64,000 bases of DNA, from the NCBI RefSeq assembly GCF_963921235.1, contig NC_086098.1, positions 238,018,001 through 238,082,000 of the forward strand, written 5' to 3'. The notes below the pieces were generated by a model. It made no database searches and was not told the origin of the DNA. It saw only the letters and a program-made list of their open reading frames with translations. Below are positions 25,701 to 38,200 of the stretch, in pieces (position 1 is the first letter of the stretch; each line of letters begins with the position of its first letter). The position numbers and the translations under genes were made by a program. The stretch is from Mobula hypostoma (Eukaryota).

Positions 25701-26912
25701 TTGGATTGTTTCCGGTTTTCCGGGCATTTTCTGAATTTCTCGTCTTCAATGTGTTGGTCTTTTATGATATATTTTTGATGTTTTGTGTTACCCACCAAGT
25801 CCTGTCTTGCTACAAGGAAGAGTTCTTCAACTCTCAGCCAGGCATTCGATATTTCCTTGTCGACATCTGGTCTGCTCGGATCATGGAAAGTCTTCCATGG
25901 AGGGTTATGCTCTTCCATTGGTTACTCTTTTCTTTTGTGATGATAATTCCTTCACTTTTCTGAATTGTGTTTTCATTGAAGTTTAGTATCCTTAAAAGTT
26001 TTATCTAACTGTTGTGTAGATTTTTCATATCTGTTATTCCTCTTCCTACTTTGTCCTAGTTAGTATTGATCTAAGTACGTTCAAGTGTACAAGATGTTTT
26101 CTCATATTTGTCATTTAAGTTCTTGTTTTTCCTTGTAAAGTTTCCGAATCGGTTTCAGACCAGATATTATACCAAATGAATACGTTAATATGGTACAGGG
26201 AAAATGTTATAATTTCACTTTGGGCGGAGGGGTGGAGATACGTCTCGACCAAAGGAGGTGTAAGGCCATCTTTCCCTCCACTAGCTTGCAGGTCAACCTT
26301 GGGCAAAGTGTAGCACCTGCTTGGGACGTGGGATTCCATGACGAGTGGTCTGTGTACCTGAGAAATATTCTCGTATTGGGGTTTATTGTCATATTTAGAA
26401 ATGAATAAGAAAGTCACGACACAGCTGAGAATTATTGGTGAATTTGAAATACTTCGCATAGCCCGACAGCTGGATTATTGGGGACTACTGTCATATTAGG
26501 ATTGCTGACATATGACATTTCTGTAAGTAATTATAAGTTGGCCAGACCAAATAATTGTTCCAATTCGTGCTCTTTCATTGCACAGGGACCCATCGTCAAT
26601 TGGCGACGCACCAAGTACACGGCACTGCGGCTCAGGTACGTATGGTTACTGCAACCCGTTGTAAGATTCACAAATTGGATGTTTGGGATTGGGTATATAA
26701 AGCCATACTTTACTAATCTGCTGCAGTTATTCAAGGGGTAACCTCGCTGAGGAAGTTTCGCACAGTCGTGACTGTTGCAAAATGGTAGATCATGCTGTTC
26801 GATATCTTTGATTGCCAATGTTTGCTATCCATTCCAGTCCCAAGCGCCGATCGTTTATGCCTCTCTCGAGTTCGGTGCATCAGCCTCTCCGCTCAGATGG
26901 GAAGCTGGTTGA
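22711..26912 (+). CDS. Gene A: non-rearranging VJ-C1-TM-ITIM Ig-superfamily receptor; join(22711-22765,23393-23716,23800-24120,24825-24914,26586-26635,26838-26912), 304 aa
   Basis: Six exons with GT-AG boundaries and compatible phases (1,1,1,1,0), 915 nt total, open to TGA at 26910-26912. Leader, V, C1, TM and ITIM are each recognisable. Confidence 0.88.
23393..23716 (+). CDS. Gene A exon 2, V-set domain with fused J-like G strand
   Basis: VELSC...VFWYKQ...VLELRDVHVEDSGSYYC SRRDSLLAKGPTLLVG; donor G|gtaaga. An alternative in-phase acceptor lies 6 nt downstream (23399). Confidence 0.92.
23800..24120 (+). CDS. Gene A exon 3, C1-set domain
   Basis: VHLVCLVGG...YWNISG...DQSYSVRSQVSVPVETW...CTC; acceptor ccag|, donor G|gtgagg; preceding intron only 83 nt. 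Confidence 0.92.
24825..24914 (+). CDS. Gene A exon 4, transmembrane GWCLPTAILLGILVFLAILIIIRISKERRS
   Basis: ctctctag| acceptor, 90 nt, phase 1-1, uncharged hydrophobic helix followed by basic stop-transfer residues. Confidence 0.88.
25150..26110 (-). mobile_element. R4/Dong-like non-LTR retrotransposon remnant (restriction-like endonuclease region)
   Basis: DVDKEISNAWL..ELF..QD...KYIIKD...RKC (ORF 25673-25918), then frameshifted IDIAIPN at 25461-25441. Confidence 0.65.
26586..26635 (+). CDS. Gene A exon 5, cytoplasmic GTHRQLATHQVHGTAAQ
   Basis: ctttcattgcacag| acceptor, CAG|gtacgt donor, 50 nt, phase 1-0, which bridges the TM and terminal exons in frame. Confidence 0.72.
26838..26912 (+). 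CDS. Gene A exon 6, terminal exon SQAPIVYASLEFGASASPLRWEAG* with ITIM
   Basis: tatccattccag| acceptor, phase 0; IVYASL at 26850-26867; possible ATTAAA polyA signal at 27164-27169. Confidence 0.8.
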   Translation, partial: SQAPIVYASLEFGASASPLRWEAG

Positions 26913-27529
26913 AGGATTAAGAAGAAATGGACCGAACCTGGGGTCACACTAAAACCACTGAACGAATCATCTGACGCTGCTGGATTGACAAGATTTGTGC
27001 GGGCTCCTTTGATACATCAATAGAATGTTGGACTAACATTGATGTCGCGATTCTGGCATATTCGAAACCTTAAGTGAAGAACTGAGTCTTTTTGCATAGT
27101 TTGCGTAAATCTCCTCTCAAAGCTTTCCTCTGTGTTATCATTTTTTAATTTTCCTTTGTATAAATTAAATATATTGTAACATAAGAAAAAAAACTGTATT
27201 GCAGTAATCAACGGTCACTTTCCGGTTTGTTCCGCCTCTGGTTTCAACTTACGCTGCAGCTCAGTTACTGTACAGTGCGTCTTATCGGATTGACTCTGTA
27301 TTTATTGTACTTTGTGTTTCCATTGCGTTTTTATGCTGCGTCGGATCGGAGAAAAAATCATTTTTGTTCGATATAGCTGAAGAATGACAGTAAACAATCT
27401 TGACTCTTGAATCTTCAGCGGTAAAGACCGCTGTTTGGACAACAGCCGAGGCATTTGGAGAAGTTAAACGCCCGCATCTGACCAAGAAGTCCTTGGGCTG
27501 AGAGGGAAAACAGCGTGGTTTTAAATCAA

Positions 27530-28660
27530 AAACCATAAGACCACATGACACAGGAACAGAATTAGGCCATTTGGCCCAGCGAGCTTGCTCCGCTATTCCA
27601 TTATGACCAATTTATTATCCCTCTCACAGCGCCATTCTTCTACAATCTCCTCGTAACCTTTGACGTCCTTACTAATCAACAACCAGTAAAACTCCGCTTT
27701 AAATATGCCTCCACAATCGTCCGTGGCAACGAATTCCATAGATTCACCACCCTCTCGATAAATTTCTCCTCATTTCTATTCTAATAGAATATCCCTCTAT
27801 TCTGAGGCTGTGTATTTGGTCTTAGACTTTCCCACTATAGGAAACATCCTCTCCACCTCCAGTCTATCTGGACCTTTCATTATTCAGTATGTTTCACTGA
27901 GATCCCCCACTCCACTTCATTCTCCTAAACTCCAGCCATCAAAAGGTCCTCATGCATTCACCATTTCATTCCCGGAATCATTCTCGTCAACTTTCTCTGT
28001 ATCCTCTCCAAGCACATTCCTTCCTAGATAAGGGGCCCGAAACTGCTCACAAATCACCAAGTATAATCTGACCAAAGACTTCCTGAGTTGCTTTACCAGA
28101 AGCATTCCTCAGACTGTGTTTAAAGTTGCAGTACAATCTTCCGGTTCCCTTTAACAGTTTGGAAATAACGCTGCAAGAATGTAATGCTGAGGCCTTATAA
28201 GGCACTGGTGAGGCCTCATCCTGAGTATTGTGAACAGTTTCTGGCTCCTTCTCTAAGAAAAGGTGTGCTGGCATTGAGAGGGTTCAGAGGAGGCTCACAA
28301 GGATGATTCCGTGAATGAAAGGGTTACCATGTGAGGAACGTTTGGTGGCTCTGGACAGGTACTCGCTGGATTTAGAAGAATGGGTCGAGGGGATTCCATT
28401 AAAAGTTTTTCAATGTGGAAAGGCGGAAACATGGTAGATGTGGAAAGGATGTTTGCCTTGGTGGGGGAGCCTGGGACAAGAGGGCACAGCCTCAGGATAA
28501 AGGAGAATCCATTTGAAAGGGATGCGGAGAATTTCTTTGGAGGGGCGCTGAATTTGCGGAATTTGTTACCACGGGCAGCTATGGACATGCTGTTGGGTGT
28601 ATTTATGGTGGAGGTTAATAGGTCCTTGATCGGCCGTGGCATCAAGGGTTACGGGGAGTA
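27530..28660. mobile_element. Two CR1 3' fragments in opposite orientation (27530-28090 minus, 28170-28660 plus)
   Basis: RGHSLRIK-type motif and CR1 3' UTR. Confidence 0.7.
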
Positions 28661-30796
28661 GGTCAGGGAGTAGGACTGTGGGGGTGCAGAGGTGGGGGAA
28701 AGAGTGATATGATTAGTTTTTAAGATGTTAGTGGCAGTAGTCGGGGAGCCTCGAACAGGAGGATGCGGGGCCAGGGTTTCAGGAGCGACGTTATGGAAAT
28801 CTTTGTATCAGAGGCTAGAAGAAATGTAAAATTCTCTAGAGGAAACTGCAAAGAACGTCGAAAAATTGTTTCGTTAAAATCTGATGCTAAACTTGTTTTT
28901 ATTACCTGTGGGTAGATGGATCAGTCCGAATGGCCTCCTCATGCCGATCATATAACTTAGTTCCACCTGGAGAAAACGGCTCAACCAATATGAATTTCCT
29001 ATAACTCCATTTTCTGGTTCACACATGATACCCTTGTCTCATCAGAACCACTCTGAGCCTCGGCTGAAAGGAAACAATATCGCGAAGCTTTCTGGGAATC
29101 GCTGATGAAGTGAAGAATGACTAAATGTCAATCTGCTGGAATTTATTTTTATTTGTGGTAATATTATATTATGTGTTGTGTGGGAGGTACCTGCACTGTG
29201 TTGTACGCCTTCACCAGAAGGAATGACTTTTCATTTGGCTGCATTCATGTGTGCGGTTGAATGCCAGTGCGTTAAACTTGAGCTAAATCATCCCACACTT
29301 ACCATAAGAGTGGCAAATATTTTTAGATCTAAAGTTAGTGTGTCTACTGACGGCAATCAAACCTGGGTTTCTTGTGCTTCTTGCCGAATATGTTTCACTG
29401 TGTAAGTATTTGACTTGGTGCCTTCTCAAGCAGAGAAAGTCCCCACCAAAATTGGACACCAAACCAATGCCGTGAATAGATTAATAGTGGTGGTTTCTAA
29501 CACACTCCGTCCTCTCACCCATTCTCCCCTTACCTCCGGCCACCCCAGCCCCGCTTCCACACTCTTCGTTGTGGGCTCACCTGACCTCTGCACATCGGAG
29601 GTGACTCAAGCAACCTGGTAAGTGCTGAACTGGCTCCGTCTTGAGATTCAGAATCAGAATCAGGTTTAATATCATTTACGTATTTCGTGAAATCTGTTGA
29701 TTTCCGGCAGAAGAAAATTGTAATGCATAATAATAAAAACTATAAATTACAATAAGAAGCTGATATAAAAATTAAATAAAGTAATTGGTACAAAAACAGA
29801 AGTAAAATTGTGAGGTAGTGTAATGGATTCATTGTCCATTCAGAAATCTGATGGTAGAGGGGAGGAGTCTGTTCCTGAAATGATGTGCGTGCCTTCAGGA
29901 TCCTGTAACTCCTCCTTAATGAGAAGAGGGTATGTCAATTGTAGTGGCCTTGCCGATTGAAGCTACGCGGCCTCAAACAATCATGAGTGAAAAGACACGT
30001 CAGTCCATATCGTCATTCAGGGAACTTTATGTCAAAAGACTAATCCTGAATAAGCAGCATAAACCATGGGCAGGGAAAGCGGGTTTACAGGATGTTATGT
30101 AACAGTGGACATTGACACCTTTCAGCGTTCACATACAAGCACCTCCCAGTTTCCACTCAGATATTTGGATTTACCTGCCACTCTTTCGAGACTCCTCACC
30201 TGCAGCCTATTTAACCCCACTTCTCATCCACAGTTCTTGTTCACTCATCGAACCAGCCGAACTCACATGTAAATTTGAAATTGACCATTCAGGCAGAAAA
30301 TGTAACAATGAAGACAGTGAAATGCAAGATCAGACACTGGAGATCTCTGAGCAGACAGCGATGTGGATCTCCCAGTGTTTCAGCACAAAATATTAGTATG
30401 CAAATAGGGCAAGTATTTACTTAAGGAAAATAACGTAATTATAGGCTGGGTTCGATTATCATTGTAAGCACTGCGGTTCAATGGAATTTATTGTTTTCAC
30501 GAAACTCACGGAGCAAACAGTGGACATCATCATATTAAATACAGAAATAAATATAACGCTATATTTAATTCTGTATTTGATGCCTTAGTTGACATCCGTC
30601 TTCAATGACCCCCATTATCCGGAACATGCCTTGCATCCATTGCTATAATCAGGTAGGTGGTACAGCAGCCTAAAAGCCACATTCAGCATTTTAGAAGCAA
30701 TTTCTTCCCCACCGCATCAGATTTCTGAACAGACAATGAACCAACCCATGGACGCTCCTCACTACTTTTGTTCCAAAAATATCTCCTCACTATTGA

Positions 30797-32198
30797 TCCA
30801 AACCTATTCTGGTATCTGTCGCCCACTTTTCCTTCGCTACATCGACGACTGCATGGGGGCGGCTTCCTGCACGCATGTTGAGCTCGTTGACTTCATTAAC
30901 TTTGCCTCCAGATTTCACCCTGCCCTCAAGTTTACTGGTCCATTTCTGACACCTCCCTCCCCTTTCTAGAGCTTTCTGTCTCTATCTCTGGAGACAGCTT
31001 ATCTACTGATGTCGACTATAAGAATACTGACTCTCACAGCTATCTGGACTATTCCTCTTCTCACCCTGTCTCTTGCAAAAATTCCAACCCCTTCTCGCAA
31101 TTCCTCCGTCCCCGCCGCATCTGCTCTCAGGATGAGGATTTTCATTCCAGGACGAAGGAGGTGTCTTCCTTTTTTAAAGAAAGGGGCTTCCCTTCCTCCA
31201 CCATCAAAAACATAGCCCCATTTCACGCACATCTGCTCTCACTCCATCCTCCCGCCACCCCACTAGGTATAGGGTTCCTCCGCCCCTCCCACCCCCCGCG
31301 CTTTCAGCAGGGATCGCTCCCTGCGCGACTCCCTTGTCCATTCGTCCCCCACCACCACCGCCCCCAAATCCCTCCCCGCCGATCTCCCTCCCGGCACTTA
31401 TCCTTGTAAGCGGAACAAGTGCTACACATGCCCTTACACTTGCTCCCTCACCACCATTCAGGGCCCCAGACAGTCCTTCCAGGTGAGGCGACACTTCACC
31501 AGTGAGTCGGCTGGAGTGATATACTGCGTCCGGTGCTCCTGATGTGGCCTTCTGTATATTGGCGAGACCCGACGCAGACTGGGAGATCGTTTCGCTAAAC
31601 ACGTACGCTCTGTCCGCCAGAGAAAGCAAGATCTTCCAGTGGCCACACATTTTAATTCCACGTCCCATTCCCATTCTGATATGTCTACCCATGGCCTCCT
31701 CTTGTAAAGATGAAGCCACACTCAGGTTGGAGGAACAACACCTTATATTCCGTCTGAGTAGCCTCCAACCTGATGGCATGAGCATTGACTTCTAAAACTT
31801 CCGCTAATGCCCCACCTCCCCCTCGTACCCCATCTGTTATTTATTTATATACACACATTCTTTTTCTGGCTCTCCTTTTTCTCCCTCTGTCCCCCTCACT
31901 ATACCCTTTGCCCATCCTCTGGTTCCCCCCCCCCCCTCTTTCTTTATCCCTCGGCCTCCTGTCCCATGATCCTCTCATATCCCTTTCGCCCATCAACTGT
32001 CCAGCTCTTGGCTCCATCCCTCCCCCTCCTGTCTTCTCCTATCGTTTTGGATCTCCCCCTCCCCCTCCCACTTTCAAATCTCTTACTCGTTCTTCTTTCA
32101 GTTAGTCCTGACAAAGGGTCTCAGCCGGAAACGTCGACTGCACCTCTTCTTAGATATGCTGCCTGGCCTGCTGCGTTCACCAGCAACTTTTATGTGTG
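30797..32198 (+). mobile_element. 5'-truncated Penelope-like element
   Basis: FLRYIDDCMG, GIY-YIG, terminal repeat with mutated hammerhead at 32103-32140. Confidence 0.9.
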
Positions 32199-34058
32199 TC
32201 ACCATTTTCGCTCTGTTTTTGTACTACTTATTCAATTTGATTTTTTTTAATATTTTATTTTAATTCTTAGTTTTTTTAAGTATGATATGTTACTGCTGCC
32301 GCAAAGCAACTAATTCCAAGACATACGTCTGCTTCGATATTGAACCTGATTCTGTTACTAATTACTTAGTCGTGCCATCTAAGCCGGGCAAAAGTCCTGA
32401 CGTAGCAATAATGAAATATCCGAGTACGTGGCAGCACCATTACGTCAGCCGAAGTCCGGATCTAATGATATTCTATTACTTTTAATTTACTATTGCCAAA
32501 GCAAATGGTTTCGCTCCACCGACTGAATACTTTTTATAATGCATTGAAAACTCTTCAGTTAAATTAATCCTTAAGTTCTCTGTAAATGAATTCAGCAATT
32601 GTACTCTTCATTAAATTCATGAAAAGTTATTTAATTATTGTTACTTGGTAGGTTGATCACGAAGGTGAAATCATGAAGGGTCCAGATTGAAATGAACAAC
32701 TGGATAGGGAATTGGTTTGGTGGTTTGGTGGTTTGGGCTGTTATTGAGTCAGAAGACCTGACCAGTGGGGTGTGAAGCTGTTTGTCATCAAAATGATTTG
32801 GATGAGAAGGTGGTATGATTAGTAAATGCAAGAATGACGCTAAAATTGGTAGTTTGTCAGAGAATGAAGTAGGCTGTCTAGGGCTGCAACAGGATCTAGA
32901 TCAGCTGGGAAAGTGGACAAAGGAATGGCAGATGAAATATAACTGTGAAACATGAGAGTTTTGGGAAGGATCATGCCTCAATTTCATTCGCCATCTGCAT
33001 TGACATGTGTTCGGAATTTCCAGTGGTGTGTTAGCGCGACATCCAACAAAAGAGACAGCATTCAACAATTACACAGAAGAAGGATTAAAAGGAAATAAAA
33101 TTAGAGGAAAGATATTGAATAAAGGGTGCTATAATAATTAAATACCGGCATGTGCTTGCGATATAAACAGCATTATAAGTAGTTGTTCAAAGGGCTGCAG
33201 TACCTGATGGCGGTAATAAATCCAGGGGCGGGGCTAATTAAATGGTTGATTGGATTAAATAGCTGGAGCGGAGGGACTTTTAAAATAATGTGAGGTTTTT
33301 GTTTTAGTAACCGTGTAGCGCTTTCGAGAGGGAGCATTTTGAAAAGGCAGTTCTCTGGGTGAGTTGTGTCCACAATGATTTGTCGTACTTATGTCTTTGT
33401 TCTGAAAACAAAAAGCCAGGGCGGGATTTGCATAGTATATAACACGGCCCGGGGTTGAAGTTGGTGATTGGTGTTGTAAAATAGACACGGGGGCATAAGC
33501 CATAATTCTATGTATGTGTCAACTCAGTTCGAATTAAATTTATTTACAAAGGCAGACATGCTACTATATACCGCCCAAAGGTTCATTTTCATCCGGGTGT
33601 TCACAGTACGTAATGGAAACACAATAAAATCAATCTAAAACTGCACACATCATAGACGGAAAAATAACCAATGTGCAAAAGAGAACCAATTGTGCCATAT
33701 AAAAAGAACAGTAAATAGGTATGAAGTTAATATTGAAAAATTGAGTTGTAGAGTCCTTGAAGGTGAGTCCTTAGGTGCGGGAATCAGTTTAGACTATGGA
33801 TTTAGTACCCTAATGGTTGAGCGGTAAGAGTTCTGCATGAACCTGGAGGTGTGGAACCCGAGATTTCAATGCCTCATTCCAAAGCCATAAGAAAGTATGG
33901 AAGAGTTAAAAATCCGTCTACGTATCAAAAGAGAGGGGGAGGGAGAGAAAAGGACGGGTGGGTGGATAATTAGAATCAGGATCAGGCTGTAGATCACTAA
34001 TATGTGTCGTGCAACATTAAATTCTATAAACCACGATAATAAACATATTTAAAAATAG

Positions 34059-34234
34059 CAACACACATCAAAGTTGCTGGTGAACGCAGCAGGCCAGGCA
34101 GCATCTATAGGAAGAGGCGCAGTCTCTGCGTAGACTGCGCCTCTTCCTATAGATGCTGCCTGACCTGCTGCGTTCGCCAGCAACTTTGATGTGTGTTGCT
34201 TGAATTTCCAGCATCTGCAGAATTCCTGTTGTTT
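34059..34234. mobile_element. 176-bp fold-back Penelope-derived insertion with 14-bp TSD
   Basis: Arms 34058-34124 and 34133-34199 (65/67 complementary); atatttaaaaatag at 34045-34058 and 34235-34248. Confidence 0.88.
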
Positions 34235-35219
34235 ATATTTAAAAATAGATTTATTTTACAGATTAACAGTTTCTGGTGCCGAAAGAGGGCAAATCGTGAG
34301 GTAGTGTCAGGTAGTGATAACTAGATGAATATTATGTACAGGCATATTAATGTTGTAGTGGACATTTGTCTAGCATTTAAAGATACGTCTGTGGAAAGTA
34401 CCGCACCGTGCCAATTCACGTTACAAGTTTCCTGTTTACGCTTTCAAAGTCAGTGATTGCGTCGAACTGCAAAGGGCGCTCTGTGATACATGGGCACGCG
34501 TGGAAAGTGTTGCGCGGACCAGGTTGCTTAACCCGTAGGCTACAAACAGATGGTGTCAAGTGACATTCATTTGCTTCTGTCAGCCGTGTGGCCCCTGTAC
34601 TTTATTTGTCACCCTACAGAGCACTTCCTTTCTAACAGCAACACTTACCCTTCTTCATCCTATTCACATTAAATACAGACGTGGTTGGCTTAGTACCTTG
34701 ATGCCATTTTCCTGCACTAATCCAAGACCTGGCTTTCCGGTTATCATCTAAAAATCGACCCAGCTCGGTCTTATATGTGAGCAGGTACAAAGATCTGAAT
34801 GCCATCCTCGTAAAACATTATGGAGATTTATTAACATTCTAGTTGAACAGATTACCTCTCATCTCAATTCTGAAAGGGGAACCCGATTTTTAAAGCGTCG
34901 CCGTTATTCTAGGTACCTTCATGCAAGAGAATCATTAACCCTTCATCAACCCGGACAGGCCCAGAATGCAATTTGCAGGTCATGTGAGCTTACATCCAAT
35001 TCTTCTAAAGACCACAGACATTGGTCCCTCTTGAAACCAATATATTACAGTGTTTGTTCATTTAAAATTTCCTTACCGCTTGTTGATTGATATGCGTATT
35101 CTTACACTTTTCTGCGCTACATTTCATTTTCTTTGTTACCTGGAAATTGGCTTATCACCTTATGTTAAAATGATCGATTTCCGCTTATCAACCTTCTATC
35201 AATTCTGTGCTGTACTATT

Positions 35220-38200
35220 CTATGTTCTATGTTCTATGAAGTCCTCTTCAACAATCACTCTAGCAACTTCATTCACCCAATCTATGTGCAAGTTAAAGTC
35301 CCCCATGATAACTGCGGTTCCATTCCGACATACCTCAAATATATCGCTGTTTATTGTCCGTGCCACTGTAATGTTATTTTTCGGTGGCCAATAGAGAACT
35401 TTCTCCTGTGACACACATAAAAGCTGCTGGTGAACGCAGCAGGCCAGGAAACATATATAGGAAGAGGTACAGTCGATGTTTTGGACCGAGACCCTTCGTC
35501 AGGACTAACTGAAAGAAGAGCTAGTAAGAGATTTCAAAGTGGGAGGGGGAGGGGGAGATCCAAAATGATAGGAGAAGACAAGAGAGGGACGGATGCAGCC
35601 AGGAGTTGGACAGTTGATTGGCAAAAGGGATATGAGAGGATCATAGGACGGGAGGTCTCGGAAGATAGAAATGTGGAGGGGGGAAGCCCAGAGGATGGGC
35701 AATAACGGATGGGGTACGAGGGGGAGGTGGGTCATTAACGGAAGTTAGAGAAGGCAATGTCCATGCCATCAGGTTGGAGGCTACCCAAACGGAATATAAG
35801 GTGTTGTTCCTAGAACCTGAGTGTGGCTTCATCTTGACAGTAGAGGAGGCCGTGGATAGACATGTCAGAATGGGAATGGGACGTGGAATTAAAATGTGTG
35901 GCGACCGGGAGATCCTGCTTTCTCTGGCGGACAGAGCTGAGGTGTTCAGCGGAACGATCTCCCAGTCTGCGTCGGGTCTCGCCAATATATTGGAGGCCAC
36001 ATCGGGAGCACTGGACGCAGTATATCACCCCAGCCAACTCACAGGTGAAGTGTCACCTCATCTGGAAGGACTGTCTGGGGCCCTGAATGGTAGTGAGGGA
36101 GGAAGTGTAAGGGCATGTGTAGCACTTGTTCCGCTTACACGGATAAGTGCCGGTAGGGCGATCAGTGGGGAGGAACGGGGGTGGGGGGCGAATGGACAAG
36201 GGAGTCGCGTAGGGAGCGATCCTTGCGGAAAGCGGGGTGGGGTGGGAAAGATGTGCTTAGTAGTGGGATTCCGTTGGAAGTGGTGGAAGACGGAGCCGGA
36301 GGAAGAATTCAGCGTTTTGGCGAACGCGGAACTCGCTGAGGTGTGGGCGAAGGGGGACAAAGGTAAGGCCCTTGCTCTTCCGCCGGCTCCGTCTTCGAGC
36401 CTACTTCGGCAAGGACTCTCCCACCCCCACCGATGACCCCTTCTCCCTTCTTCGACCCTCCTCCTCTTCATGGACACCCCGCTCTGATCTTCTGCCAGCT
36501 CTGGATCCCTTTATTGCTAACTGCCGACGGGACATCAAAAGTCTCGACTTCACCACACTTGTTCCCATTCCAACTTCACTCCTTCCGAACGCTCTGCTCT
36601 CCACTTCCTCCGCGCTAATGCTAACCTTACTATAAACCCTGCCGATAAGGGGGATGCTGTTGTGTCTGGCGTACTGACCTCTACCTTGTTGAGGCACAGC
36701 GACAACTCGCGGATACCTCCTCTTATTTACCCCTCGATCATGACCCCACTAAGGAGCACCAGGCCATTGTCTCCCACACTGTCACCCGCTTTATCCGCTC
36801 AGGGGATCTCCCATCCACTGCTACGAACCTTATAGTTCCCACACCTCGCACTTCCCGTTTCTACCTCCTATCCAAGATCCACAAACCTGCCTGTCCAGGT
36901 AGATCTATTGTCTCAGCTTGCTCCTGCCCCACCGAACTCATTTCTGCATACCTCGGACACTGTTTTATCCCCCCTTGTTATAGTCAAGTCATAGTCATTG
37001 TCATACTTCATTGATCCCGGGGGAAATTGGTTAATTGTTCAATCCCTTCCTACCTATGTCCGTGACACTTCTCACGCTTTGAAATTTTTCGATGATTTTA
37101 AGTTTCCTGGACCCCACTGCTTTATTTTCACCATGGATGTCCAGTTCCTATATTGTTTCATTCCCCCACCAGGAAGGTCTCAAAGCTCACCGCTTCTTTT
37201 TGGAATCTGGACCTAACCAGTTCCCCTCTATCACCACTCTGCTCCGTCTAGCGGAATTAGTCCTTACTCTTAATAATTTCTCCTTTGCCTCCTCCCACTT
37301 CGTCCAAACCAAAGGTGTAGCCATGGGCACCCGTATGGGTCCCAGCTATGGCTGCCTTTTTGTTGGCATGGTGGAACAATCCATGTTCCAAACCTATACT
37401 AGTATCTGTCCCCCACTTTTCCGTCGCTACATCGACGACTGCATTGGCGCTGCTTCCTGCACGCATGCTGAGCTCGTTGACTTTATTAACTTTGCCTCCG
37501 ACTTTCACCCTGCCCTCAAGTTTACCTGGTCCATTTCCTACACCTCCCTCCCCTTTCTAGATCTTTCTGTCTCTATCTCTGGAGACAGCTTATCTACTGA
37601 TGTCTACTATAAGCCTATGGACTCTCACAGCTATCTGGATTATTACTCTTCTCACCCTGTTTCTTGCAAAAATGCCATCCCCTTCTCACAATTCCTCCAT
37701 CTCCGCCGCATCTGCTCTCAGGATGAGGCTTTTAATTTCAGGACAAGGGAGATATCCTCCTTTTTTAAAGAAAGGGGCTTCCCTTCCTCCACCATCAACT
37801 CTGTTTTCAAAGGCATCTCTTCCATTTCACGCACATCTGCTCTCACCCCATCCTCCCACCACCCCACTAAGAATAGGGATCCCTTGTCCTCACCTACCAC
37901 CTCACCAGCCTCCGGGTCCAACATATTATTCTCCGTAACTTCCGCCACCTCCAACGGGATCCCACCTTTAAGCACATCTTTCCCTATTCCCCCCCCCCCC
38001 CCGCCACCTCTGCTTTCAGCAGGAATCGCTCCCTACGCGACTCCCTTGTCCATTCCTCCCCCCGCCCCCACCGATCTCCCTCCCGGCACTTATCCTTGCA
38101 AGCGGAACAAGTGCTACGCATCCCCTTACACTTCCTCCCTACCTACCATTCAGGGCCCCAGACAGTCCTTCCAGGTGAGGCGACACTTCACCTGTGAGTC

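Noticed and set aside
33426-33442. Octamer ATTTGCAT plus TATATAA, Ig/H2B-promoter-like
   Set aside because: No leader exon or ORF downstream; the nearby GC and CCAAT boxes fall in an L2-like 3' remnant
33602-33629. 12-RSS-like CACAGTA-N12-ACAATAAAA
   Set aside because: Heptamer 6/7 and nonamer 6/9 only; lies in repeat-like sequence with no adjacent V, D or J segment
35774-36436. Long ORFs of 220 aa here and 193 aa at 31204-31785
   Set aside because: Antisense shadows of the Penelope ORF, recurring at every copy
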